Assembly (NCBI GenBank): GCA_019058445.1
Contig: JAHPZA010000003.1
Coordinates: forward strand, 282,810 to 346,809
Reading direction: 5' to 3'
Length of the DNA: 64,000 nt
DNA from: Promethearchaeota archaeon
GTDB lineage: Archaea > Asgardarchaeota > Lokiarchaeia > Sigyniarchaeales > SOKP01
Under the pieces are notes generated by a model. The model did not search any database. It was not told the origin of the DNA and was given only the letters and a program-made list of their open reading frames with translations. Position numbers and translations under genes: made by a program. Shown here piece after piece: positions 10,827 to 20,813 of the stretch. Positions within the stretch are counted from its first letter, which is position 1, and every line of letters starts with the position of its first letter.

Positions 10827-12221
10827 ATGGAAAATAAAGACACAGAAATATTACATTCGAAAAAAGAAATGGCTTCATACGGTTTCGGGAAGATAATCAT
10901 GGAACTTTTAAATATGGCATTTGGAGCATATGTGTTTTTCTATTATGAAAGTGAATTGGGATTAGATGTGTGGTTAATAGCTTTAGGTATCATCATATAT
11001 GCAATTTGGAATTCCATCAATGATCCCTTTATCGGTTATTTAGTAGATCGCCCCTTTAAGTTCACGAAAAAATGGGGTAGACGATTTCCATGGGTATTAA
11101 TTGGAGGAGTGCCATGGATCTTTTTTTACTTACTTCTTTTCATACCACCGGACGTTAATCCTCAAGAAGGAGCTTGGATCCTCTTTGCTTGGCTTGTAAT
11201 CATAGCGTGTTTATATGATTTATTTGGATCACTTTATCTTGTAAATTTTACTTCGATTTTTCCCGATAAATTCCGTACAGAAAGTGAAAGAAGAGATGCA
11301 GGTGGAATTGGCACCCTGGTTGGGACTTTTGGCGTAGTTTTGGGGGCTATTGTACCTCCAATGTTCATAATTTTTGGGAATAGAACATCATATGCATTGC
11401 AAGGAGTAGTAATTATTATTATATGTTTAATAGCTTTAGGATTAACTATTCCAGGGATACGGGAAGATCAATATCGAATTGATTGCTATTTAGAGGTGTG
11501 CGAAGAGGGTTTTGAAAAAGAATCGTTTTTTAAGACACTTAAATACTGTATAAAACAAAAGAATTTCTTGGCCTATATTATCGCATTTGTGTTTTATTCA
11601 ACTATGACGACAATGATGATAGCATCCATTCCATTTCTCGTACGATTCGTATTTAAGATGGAAGCGGGAGCGGTGACTTTAATAATGGTAGGTTTTCTCC
11701 TTGGATCATTTTGTTCCATTCCTTTATGGATTAAAATTGCTCATAAAACAAATGATGACCGGAAAACAATCATTATAACCGCGTTTTTTATGGCATTCGC
11801 TTTAATACCGATGATCTTTCTTAGAGACTATTATTTGTTCATTATTTCAGTTGCGATATGGGGTATAGGGCTAGGAGGTTTTTGGGCCATGCAAAATCCA
11901 GTTTTATCTAATGCGATTGATGAAAATGTAATTAATACCGGTAAAAGAGAAGAAGGGATATATGGTGGTATTCAAACCTTATTTTCACGTTTGGCAATTG
12001 CTATCCAAGCGATTTGTTTTGCAATTGTGCATACCCTCACTGGGTTTGTAGAAGGAGCTAACACACAATCTGAATTAGCAGTATGGGGTATAATTATTCA
12101 TATGGCTTTGCTTCCAATGATTTTCATGTTCATAGGATCTTTCATACTTTTAAAATTCTATAATTTAACACCTGAAAAAGTAGCAATTAATAAAACTAAA
12201 TTAGCTGAAATGGGACTATAA
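10827..12221 (+). CDS. GPH/MFS_2 transporter, paralog 3
   Basis: Same motifs. Start moved to ATG 10827 (MENKD) by comparison with paralogs. Confidence 0.9.
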   Translation: MENKDTEILHSKKEMASYGFGKIIMELLNMAFGAYVFFYYESELGLDVWLIALGIIIYAIWNSINDPFIGYLVDRPFKFTKKWGRRFPWVLIGGVPWIFFYLLLFIPPDVNPQEGAWILFAWLVIIACLYDLFGSLYLVNFTSIFPDKFRTESERRDAGGIGTLVGTFGVVLGAIVPPMFIIFGNRTSYALQGVVIIIICLIALGLTIPGIREDQYRIDCYLEVCEEGFEKESFFKTLKYCIKQKNFLAYIIAFVFYSTMTTMMIASIPFLVRFVFKMEAGAVTLIMVGFLLGSFCSIPLWIKIAHKTNDDRKTIIITAFFMAFALIPMIFLRDYYLFIISVAIWGIGLGGFWAMQNPVLSNAIDENVINTGKREEGIYGGIQTLFSRLAIAIQAICFAIVHTLTGFVEGANTQSELAVWGIIIHMALLPMIFMFIGSFILLKFYNLTPEKVAINKTKLAEMGL

Positions 12222-12351
12222 AGTGATTTTTAGCTCCATTAATTTTCTATTCTTTTTTTCATTATTTTTTTTTAAAAAAAATATATAAATGCTTTTAACA
12301 AATATTGAAAGAACATACTTTATTAAATTCAAAACCAATTTGGGAATGTTT

Positions 12352-13746
12352 ATGGAAAATAAAGACATGGAAATATTACATTCTAAAAAAGAAATGGCTT
12401 CATATGGGTTCGGTAAGTTTGTAAATGAATTTCTGAATATGGCATTCGGTGCTTTGGTCTTTTTCTATTACGAAACTGAACTGGGTCTTGATGTCTGGTT
12501 AACAGCATTTGGTTATATTATATTTGCTCTCTGGAATGCTTTTAATGATCCAATACTAGGCTATTTAACAGATCGCCCTTTTAAATTTACGAAGAAATGG
12601 GGAAGACGCTTTCCATGGGTTTTTATCGGAGGAGTGCCTTGGATACTTAGCTATATCTTACTTTTTACACCCCCTGATGTTGATCCTAAACAAGGTGCTT
12701 GGATCTTGTTCGCATGGCTCGTATTTTCAACTTGTTTATACGATACCTTTGCTTCTCTGTTTAATGTCTCTTTCTACGGGCTTTTTCCCGATAAATTTCG
12801 TGAAGATAAAGAACGTAGAACTGCTGCTGGAATAAGTACTTTAGTAGGGACTTTTGGCGTAGCTTTAGGGGGAATTTTACCACCGCTGTTTATCGTATTT
12901 GGAGACAGATCCTCATATGCGTTGCAATCGGGGATTGTTGTTATTACTTGTATAATAGCATTGGCATTAACAATTCCAGGGTGTAGGGAAGATCAATATC
13001 GAATTGATTGCTACTTAGAGAAGTGTGAAGAAGGATTTGACAAGGTGCCGTTTTTTAGTAACGTAAAATCATGCTTGAAACAAAAGAATTTCCTCGCGTA
13101 TCTCAGTCAATGGATCTTTTATCGAGCATTGGTTGTTATGATAATTGGCTCAATACCCTATCTCGTACGATTCGTATTAAAAATGGAAGCAAGCGCTGTG
13201 ACTTTAATAATGATTGGATTCCTTTTAGGCTCATTTTGTTCTATTCCAATATGGACTACAATTGCTCATAAAACCGACAATGATCGCAAAACATTCATTC
13301 TAGCAGCATTTCTTATGACAGTACTCTTAATTCCATTAATATTCATCGTTGATTATGTCTTAGTCATTATTTTTGTAGCAATCTGGGGATTTAGCCTTGG
13401 AGGGTATTGGCTCATGCAAGATCCTGTATTATCTGAAATTATCGATGAATCTGTCATTTTAACTGGAAGAAGAGAAGAGGGCATCTATAATGGGGTGGTG
13501 AACTTCTTCGGTCGTTTAGCACTTGTTATTCAGGCTGTCTGCTTCGCGATAGTTCATACTTTAACTGGATTTGTAGAAGGCGCTCCCTCACAAACCGCCA
13601 CAGCACAATTGGGAATTCAAATTCATTTCGCCTTACTGCCAATGATTTTTATGTTATTTGCAACCTTAATACTATGGAAATGGTATAACTTAACGCCTGA
13701 AAAAGTTGCTGAGAATAAAACAAAACTAGCTGAAATGGGTTTGTAA
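12352..13746 (+). CDS. GPH/MFS_2 transporter, paralog 4
   Basis: Same motifs. Start at ATG 12352 (MENKD); upstream DNA resembles that of paralog 3. Confidence 0.9.
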   Translation: MENKDMEILHSKKEMASYGFGKFVNEFLNMAFGALVFFYYETELGLDVWLTAFGYIIFALWNAFNDPILGYLTDRPFKFTKKWGRRFPWVFIGGVPWILSYILLFTPPDVDPKQGAWILFAWLVFSTCLYDTFASLFNVSFYGLFPDKFREDKERRTAAGISTLVGTFGVALGGILPPLFIVFGDRSSYALQSGIVVITCIIALALTIPGCREDQYRIDCYLEKCEEGFDKVPFFSNVKSCLKQKNFLAYLSQWIFYRALVVMIIGSIPYLVRFVLKMEASAVTLIMIGFLLGSFCSIPIWTTIAHKTDNDRKTFILAAFLMTVLLIPLIFIVDYVLVIIFVAIWGFSLGGYWLMQDPVLSEIIDESVILTGRREEGIYNGVVNFFGRLALVIQAVCFAIVHTLTGFVEGAPSQTATAQLGIQIHFALLPMIFMLFATLILWKWYNLTPEKVAENKTKLAEMGL

Positions 13747-13867
13747 GTTAAATTCAAAATTAAATATCAAATTATTTTTTTCTTTTATCTTTATTTCTGG
13801 ACAATTATTAATAATGCTTATGATTAATTAATTCTATAATAGTTCTCAAAAAAAAATTGTTATAGAG

Positions 13868-15067
13868 ATGAACGATTCAAATATTCTTAATCTAATAGAA
13901 GCGGAACGTATGTATAGCCATGTGTTGGAGATTGAAGGTTCAAGGCATCCTGTTGATGATTTTGAAAAATTAAATGAAGTAGCAGATTATATATCACTGG
14001 AATTTGAAAAGTATGGGTTAAGGGTAAATGAACATAAATTCAATGTTAAGGATTTAGATAACACATTTAGAAATATAGAAGGCAGTATTGGTGATTCGAA
14101 GAGTGCTGAATTTATACTTGGGGCTCATTATGATACAGTTCCTAATTGTCCGGGAGCAAATGACAATGCGTCTGGAGTTGCTGTTATGCTTGAAACTGCT
14201 AGAACTTTATCTCAGGTGGAAAGTTTAAGTAATATTCGATTTATAGGATTCAGTCTTGAAGAACCTAGCGCTGTTTTGCGAAATAAATATAGGGAGATCG
14301 CCCAGAGATATGGGGTGATGGATGATAACGATCACTATACATCTTATAGAACTCTAAAGCTGATAAAAAAGCACTCAGATCAATTAAGTATTGCACGTGG
14401 CTCGATTAAAACATACCCTGAAGCTTATTATGAAGTTACAGAAAATCTCAAGTCAAGTTTGACACAAGAGGAATATGATTTCTTTAATGAAATCGCCAAA
14501 ATTTACGAGGGAATAATGACCAGTTCTTGGGTGGGTAAGACTGCGATAATAGGAAGTAGTAGATGGATTAGAGATGCGTTAAAATCTAATAAAAAAATAT
14601 CAGGAGTAATATCAATAGATTCGGTGGGATATGCTTCTAAGAAAAGATACTCTCAACACTTCCCCAAAGGATTAAAAATGAAGATCTTTAAAACTCATAA
14701 TGTCAAGGAAAAGTATTTCATAGGGGACTTTATCTTTGTAATCAGTAATAGTAATTCCAACGAGCTAGCTGAAGTGTTTTGTTCTCAATGTCAAAAAGAC
14801 TCGATTAACCTTCCCTATGCTTGCTTTGAACCTTCAGTTACATTTGAAAAATTCTGTGTAAATTTGCCCTTTTTACTGGGTTCTGATCACGCGCCATTTT
14901 GGCGAGAGGGAATACCTGCCCTGGAATTAACGGATACTGCGAACCTTAGAGACCCATATGCTCATACATCAGCAGATACCATAAATAATCTTGATTTTGA
15001 TTTCATGAAGAAAGTCGGAAAAGCGGTTTGTATGACAGCAATAAATAGATGTCAAGAAACTTCTTAA
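13868..15067 (+). CDS. M28 family metallopeptidase with internal insertion
   Basis: GAHYD, GANDNASGVA, FSLEE, SDHAPFW, H-TSAD; about 90-aa insert after the EE motif. Confidence 0.85.
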   Translation: MNDSNILNLIEAERMYSHVLEIEGSRHPVDDFEKLNEVADYISLEFEKYGLRVNEHKFNVKDLDNTFRNIEGSIGDSKSAEFILGAHYDTVPNCPGANDNASGVAVMLETARTLSQVESLSNIRFIGFSLEEPSAVLRNKYREIAQRYGVMDDNDHYTSYRTLKLIKKHSDQLSIARGSIKTYPEAYYEVTENLKSSLTQEEYDFFNEIAKIYEGIMTSSWVGKTAIIGSSRWIRDALKSNKKISGVISIDSVGYASKKRYSQHFPKGLKMKIFKTHNVKEKYFIGDFIFVISNSNSNELAEVFCSQCQKDSINLPYACFEPSVTFEKFCVNLPFLLGSDHAPFWREGIPALELTDTANLRDPYAHTSADTINNLDFDFMKKVGKAVCMTAINRCQETS

Positions 15068-15187
15068 AATCAAATTTCATATACTATATCTTCTATATTT
15101 TTTTAAAGATATCTATATAAATTTGATTAACTAATGTTTAAAATACATATCAAATTTTCATATGTAAATTTATGATGGTAATTAATT

Positions 15188-16579
15188 ATGGAAAAAAATA
15201 GTGAAGAAATTTTACATTCTAAGACAAGTATAGTTTCCTATGGATTCGGAAAATTTGTGTGGGAATTCTTAAACATGGCGTTTGGAGCGTTCGTATATTT
15301 TTATTATGAAAGTGAGTTAGGTTTAGCTTCATGGTTAACTGCTTTTGGATATATTATATTCGCGACTTGGAATGCGGTCAACGATCCTATTCTTGGATAT
15401 CTTATTGATCGTCCCTTTAAATTTACGAAAAAATGGGGGAGACGATTTCCATTTGTGTTTATAGGGGGAGTTCCGTGGATTATTACATATGTGTTGCTTT
15501 TTATACCTCCAGAGGGGGCTGGGATGTGGATTATTTTTGCGTGGCTGGTGATAACCACTTGTTTATACGACACTTTTGCTTCAATTTTCAATGTGAGTTT
15601 CTATGCGATTTTTCCGGATAAATTTCGTGCTATGGACGAGCGTAGGAGCGCAGCTGGAATCAGCACATTAGTTAGTACTTTTGGTGTGGCGTTAGGGGCA
15701 ATTATACCTCCATTATTTATCGTATTTGGTGATAGATCGACATATGCGATGCAATCAGGAGTCGTTCTTATTGTATGTTTGATTGCTTTAGCGTTGGCCA
15801 TTCCTGGAGCCCGAGAAGATCAATTCCGCATTGATTGTTATTTAGAGGCTTGTGAAAAAGGAGAAGAAAAGGCATCCTTCATGAAAACTCTAAGAGTATG
15901 TTTAAAACAGAAAAATTTTGTGGCGTTCATTTTTGCGTATATTTTTTATCGTTCATTAGTGATGATGATTGTTGCTTCTCTCCCATACATGGTAAGATTT
16001 GTATTTCTAATGGAAGCAAGCTCATTGACTCTAATAATGGCAGCGTTTCTCATAGGATCCTTTGTTTCCATCCCTATATGGATTAAATTCGCTCAAAAGA
16101 CTAATGATAACCGGAAAACCTATATGTATGCTGCGTTCCTTATGACGATACTTACTGGAATTCTTTTCTTTGTCCAAGATTATTATTTAGCGGTTCTCGT
16201 GATTTTGTTCTGGGGAATGGGGCTCGGAGGATTTTGGGTTATGATTGATCCCACTCTTAGTGATGTAATTGATGAAGCAGTTATTACTACTGAAAAAAGA
16301 GAGGAAGGAGTTTATATTGGCATTCAGACATTTTTTAGCCGCATGGCAATGATAGTGCAGGCGGTTTGCTTTGCAATTGTCCATATTTTAACAGGATTTG
16401 TTGAAGGTGCAGGACCAGAAGCTCAACCCGAGTCTGCGATATTGGGGATTAGAATGCATTTTGCGTTACTCCCAATGGTTTTTATATTTATAGCAGGTTT
16501 GATCCTATGGAAATTTTATAAATTGACACCTGACCAAGTAGCGATTAATAAAGCAAAATTAGCCGAAATGGGATTATAG
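15188..16579 (+). CDS. GPH/MFS_2 transporter, paralog 5
   Basis: WNAVNDPILGYLID, KWGRRFP, REEGVY. Confidence 0.9.
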   Translation: MEKNSEEILHSKTSIVSYGFGKFVWEFLNMAFGAFVYFYYESELGLASWLTAFGYIIFATWNAVNDPILGYLIDRPFKFTKKWGRRFPFVFIGGVPWIITYVLLFIPPEGAGMWIIFAWLVITTCLYDTFASIFNVSFYAIFPDKFRAMDERRSAAGISTLVSTFGVALGAIIPPLFIVFGDRSTYAMQSGVVLIVCLIALALAIPGAREDQFRIDCYLEACEKGEEKASFMKTLRVCLKQKNFVAFIFAYIFYRSLVMMIVASLPYMVRFVFLMEASSLTLIMAAFLIGSFVSIPIWIKFAQKTNDNRKTYMYAAFLMTILTGILFFVQDYYLAVLVILFWGMGLGGFWVMIDPTLSDVIDEAVITTEKREEGVYIGIQTFFSRMAMIVQAVCFAIVHILTGFVEGAGPEAQPESAILGIRMHFALLPMVFIFIAGLILWKFYKLTPDQVAINKAKLAEMGL

Positions 16580-16643
16580 ATATACTATTTATATTTTTTT
16601 TCTTTCTTATTTTTAATATTTTCTATTCTCAATCTACTTATCC

Positions 16644-18104
16644 CTATAAGTCTTTTATCTTATGAAACCTGTTTCTTTCAATGTATAAATCTATTTTACC
16701 TGCAGACTCCACATCAAATTCCACATTAGTTCTCCCTCCTAGTCCTGATAAGAAATAAAACTTAAATTCATCGAGAGATTCGGGAATTAAAGGAGCACTC
16801 ATCCCATTATTGAAAGGTGTAGGGCCTTCTTCGGGTTCAAGATAAACTACTGCTCCGCGTTTTATTACGGATAATTTATTTATGCCCTTATACGTTTCAT
16901 AAAATCCCTGCAATAATGATAATTTCTGCTCTATCTCGATAAATTTAATATCTTTTAAAGGATTCTTCCCTAATAAAAATACCATAGTTAACAGAGGGAT
17001 TGCAGAAATAAGAGAATTTCCACCTCCAGAATTACATGCACATGCTATGCCAAGCTTTTTCTCTGGTATGAATCCAATGAATGATGTTGATACATTCGTT
17101 CCCCCCACATGAAAAATTGTTGTATGCTCAAAAAAATCCTCAATTATGATCCAACCATAGCCATATCCCACTTTCTCAAATTCCCCTATTGCATCGCGTA
17201 TTATATCAGTTTCAATATAGTTTGTATGCATTTTTTGTATCAAATCTTTATTTAATATCGTTGTTCCCTCAAAAGTACCTTGGTTAATATTCATTTTTAT
17301 GTAATTTATCTGTTCGATAGCCGAACTAAGCAATCCCCCCGGAGCAAAAATATATTTATCGAAGGGATGAGACGCAGGCTCGATTTGGATAATATTTCCA
17401 TTTTCAAATTTTGGAAAGTATGCTGTCATGATATCCGAATCTTTTTCAAACTCATCTCTTAAAAAACAGGAACGTTTCATGTTCAGAGGATTTAGTATGT
17501 TCTCTCTCACATAATCTTCGTATTTCATGTTACTAACTTTTTCAATAACCACACCCAACATTGTATAACTTTCATTTGAATAAGCGAAGCGTTGTCCTGG
17601 CTCAGCTGCAACCTCTTGTTTCGCATCGTTTATGAAAGTTAAATAATCATCCCAGCTACTCAACGGAATATGATATTCATTGTAACCAGCATTACGACCA
17701 AGTAAAATTTCTGCAGTACCAAGATTAGGAATTCCAGATGAATGAGTTAAAAGATGATGAATGGTTATTGGATTTCTTTTCTTACCCAATTTAAAATTGA
17801 AATATTTTTTCACTGGATCATATAAATCTAATTTACCTTGTTCATATAACTGCATTACTGCTAATGCTGTATAAGATTTTGTGCATGAACCAAATCCATA
17901 TAACGTGTTGGGTGTAGCAGGGATATTCATTTCTAAATTTCTAGCACCAAATCCTTTAGCATAAAGTATATCTTCTCCTGAAAGAACGGCTAGACTCATT
18001 CCAGGTATTTTAGATTCTTTCATAATGGAAGCAATGGAACTTTCCAAAAGTTCAAGTATGCCTACCGGAATAGTCTTTGGAGTATCGTTTTGACTCATAG
18101 ACAT
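16644..18104 (-). CDS. Serine hydrolase, beta-lactamase class C/peptidase S12 family (Pab87-like) with C-terminal domain
   Basis: SxxK (SCTK), LLTHSSG, YSN, HVGG. Confidence 0.85.
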   Translation of the reverse strand: MSMSQNDTPKTIPVGILELLESSIASIMKESKIPGMSLAVLSGEDILYAKGFGARNLEMNIPATPNTLYGFGSCTKSYTALAVMQLYEQGKLDLYDPVKKYFNFKLGKKRNPITIHHLLTHSSGIPNLGTAEILLGRNAGYNEYHIPLSSWDDYLTFINDAKQEVAAEPGQRFAYSNESYTMLGVVIEKVSNMKYEDYVRENILNPLNMKRSCFLRDEFEKDSDIMTAYFPKFENGNIIQIEPASHPFDKYIFAPGGLLSSAIEQINYIKMNINQGTFEGTTILNKDLIQKMHTNYIETDIIRDAIGEFEKVGYGYGWIIIEDFFEHTTIFHVGGTNVSTSFIGFIPEKKLGIACACNSGGGNSLISAIPLLTMVFLLGKNPLKDIKFIEIEQKLSLLQGFYETYKGINKLSVIKRGAVVYLEPEEGPTPFNNGMSAPLIPESLDEFKFYFLSGLGGRTNVEFDVESAGKIDLYIERNRFHKIKDL

Positions 18105-18156
18105 ATTAGGATGTTTATTTATTTAAACCTTTTTAGCTTTGGATATTCATAAGACC

Positions 18157-19200
18157 TTAGAAAGTTTTTACAAATTTAATGATATCTTGTATTTTCTCAT
18201 TATCCATAATTAATGTTGGTAAGTTATAAAGAGAATATAGTAAGTTTTCGTCTACCACGTAATTTTTTACTTGTGCTAAAGCTGATTTTAAATGAGTATA
18301 AGATATCCCCTGATGTTTGGGGGTAAAATTTAATTTAATATCATCTAAAAATTGCATTATATCATCTGAAGAGAATTGAGCATATTCCTCCTGTAAATAA
18401 AGACTTATCAAAATATTCATTCCTATAAGATTCCCGTGGATATAATGATCATGAGTAATTGATTCTAAACAATATGCTAAAAAATGCTCACTCCCCTCCT
18501 CAGGACGAGCATTTCCCCATCCTTCACACAAAAGTACCTCCTTATAAAATCCATCCACTAAGGCTTGTATTCCCTTTTCAGTCACGTCTCTAATTTCATT
18601 TCTAGAATCCACTAAATTATTTGCGATGGATTTAGCTCTATTGAAAACACTCTGGTCAAATTTTTCATCTATTTCATCTTTTGCGATTAACCAATCTCCC
18701 AATGCTGACGTGATAGATATTGTGTCTGAAACGCCTGCTCTATTTAGAAATTCTGGAGCCTCTCTAATTAAATCAAAATCAATAATGATATCCTTCGGAT
18801 TACTTTCCCCGATATACTTCACTTTATTATCGATTCTAACGGCAATTGCAGAACATAAAAAAGCATCTACAGAAATGATTGATGGCATAAGATATAGTTC
18901 TAAATTAAAATTAAATTCTTCTTTGAATTTCCAAGCTAAGAATTTTGCTGAATCACACGCCGTACCCCCACCCATACCTACAATAGCATAGTCATCCGTA
19001 ATAAATGGTTCAAAACTGTTGTAAAACTTTTCTAAGCTATCTAAAGACATATCATAATTAAATTCCAAATATGTAGGCTTGTTGGTAATTCTATTTTCAA
19101 TAATTTTCCATGGCTCCTCCATGGTAATGAGAATATATTTATTTAATGAATCTAAAGTATCAACTGCAAGCCATTTACCAAAATTTGGCTTAATAACCAT
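18157..19200 (-). CDS. Glycerol-1-phosphate dehydrogenase-like protein (DHQS/Fe-ADH superfamily), divergent
   Basis: GMGGGTACDSAKF, PSIISVDA, GSEH, HGNLIG. Confidence 0.7.
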   Translation of the reverse strand: MVIKPNFGKWLAVDTLDSLNKYILITMEEPWKIIENRITNKPTYLEFNYDMSLDSLEKFYNSFEPFITDDYAIVGMGGGTACDSAKFLAWKFKEEFNFNLELYLMPSIISVDAFLCSAIAVRIDNKVKYIGESNPKDIIIDFDLIREAPEFLNRAGVSDTISITSALGDWLIAKDEIDEKFDQSVFNRAKSIANNLVDSRNEIRDVTEKGIQALVDGFYKEVLLCEGWGNARPEEGSEHFLAYCLESITHDHYIHGNLIGMNILISLYLQEEYAQFSSDDIMQFLDDIKLNFTPKHQGISYTHLKSALAQVKNYVVDENLLYSLYNLPTLIMDNEKIQDIIKFVKTF

Positions 19201-19321
19201 AAATAAAATAAGAAGAAAATAAAAATAAAAATTAGGAAAAGATTTTTTTTATTCTAAATAAAAAATCTTCTAAAAAACTAGACGAGAATTGATTAGACCT
19301 CTCTATTAAATTATTCTGTAT

Positions 19322-20725
19322 TTAAATTTTCAATTGTCGTAATTTGATTTTAATTTCCTCTGCCTTTTGTGGAGTTATGTCGTAATATTTCCAAAAAATT
19401 ATCAAGCCTATAGCAACAAATATTCCAGGTATTAATCCTAAGTGAAGTCTTATGCCAATTAAAGCCAATGGTGTTTGTGTATCTGATCCCTCAACAAAAC
19501 CTGTTAATTCATGAACCGTTGCAAGTGTTATTGCTTGAAGTACCCTTGCTAAATTAATAAAGAAATTCCGAATCCCTCCATAGGTACTCTCTCTACGTTT
19601 TCCACTTATACTTACAGACTCATCGATCACGTCGCTATATACTGGACTTAACATTACCCAGAAACCACCTATAGCTATTCCAAATAGAAAGACAATGATT
19701 ATTATACCTATTAAGCCATAGGTAAAAGTCATTATAATTGCAAAACAAGCCATCAAAAATGCTGAGATTATAAATGTTTTCCGATGATCTTTGGTTTTGT
19801 TAGTATAAAGCAACCAAAATGGAACTGAGACTATTCCGCCTATTAATAGCATTCCTGATATGATAGCCACCATCTCAACCTGTCCTCCTAAATTAAATCT
19901 AGCAAAATATACAAATGAAGCCAACATTGTCTGAACTAAAGCTTGATATAAAGTATACAGACATAAAAACGCAACGAAATTTTTTTGAGAGAACATATCT
20001 TTTAGACTTTTAAAAAAGGAATCTCTTTCCTCTTCCTTATAATGCATTAGATAATTTTCAACCGTTTTTTTGTCATCTCTTACACCAGGGATCATAAAAA
20101 TCCAGCATACGAATGAAATTGCGACGCAAACCCATGCCATTAATGCGTATGAACTAAAATTCCCATAAACTATTATAAAAGAAGGTAATATAAAAGCTAA
20201 AACTGAACCGATAAAACCCAGATATACTTCGAACATTGCCATCGTTCTACGTTCAGATCTATTTCTAAATTTATCAGGAAGTAAAGATAAATAATTTACA
20301 GTCCAAAGAGATTCAACAACATCAAAAAGGCATGTCGAAAAAACCAGCCAGCTGAAGACAATCCAAGGTGATTCTTGAGCATCTATATTCGGTGGCATGA
20401 AGATAAGTAGAAAACATACAAGCATTGGTATATACCCTAACATAATGAATGGAAATCTTCTTCCCCATTTTTTCGTAAACTTAAAGGGGCGATCTGTCAA
20501 ATAACCGATAAGAGGATCATTAAAGGCATCCCAGATTGCGTAAATTGCTATTCCAAGTCCGACTAATAAAGAATTTAATCCAATTTCAGCCTCGTAAAAG
20601 AAAAATATCAAAAGACTGAGCACTCCTTGGATTAATTCAATAGGAAGACTTGTCACATTGTAAGAAATAAGTTCTTTTTTAGAATGAAGCTTTATGGGAT
20701 AGTTATTACTTTCATTAACGTCCAT
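19322..20725 (-). CDS. GPH/MFS_2 transporter, paralog 6
   Basis: WDAFNDPLIGYLTD, KWGRRFP, RRESTYGG. Confidence 0.9.
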   Translation of the reverse strand: MDVNESNNYPIKLHSKKELISYNVTSLPIELIQGVLSLLIFFFYEAEIGLNSLLVGLGIAIYAIWDAFNDPLIGYLTDRPFKFTKKWGRRFPFIMLGYIPMLVCFLLIFMPPNIDAQESPWIVFSWLVFSTCLFDVVESLWTVNYLSLLPDKFRNRSERRTMAMFEVYLGFIGSVLAFILPSFIIVYGNFSSYALMAWVCVAISFVCWIFMIPGVRDDKKTVENYLMHYKEEERDSFFKSLKDMFSQKNFVAFLCLYTLYQALVQTMLASFVYFARFNLGGQVEMVAIISGMLLIGGIVSVPFWLLYTNKTKDHRKTFIISAFLMACFAIIMTFTYGLIGIIIIVFLFGIAIGGFWVMLSPVYSDVIDESVSISGKRRESTYGGIRNFFINLARVLQAITLATVHELTGFVEGSDTQTPLALIGIRLHLGLIPGIFVAIGLIIFWKYYDITPQKAEEIKIKLRQLKI

Positions 20726-20813
20726 TTTCTAATTCTCCTAATTAATTTTAATGATTTTATTATTAGTTTTTAATGTTTATAAATCTATTTTTAACTAATT
20801 TCAATTCCTCAAT

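Noticed and set aside
18157-19200. Assigning the symbol egsA
   Set aside because: Motifs are divergent (SVDA rather than SHDG; EHFLAY), so only a family-level call is supported.
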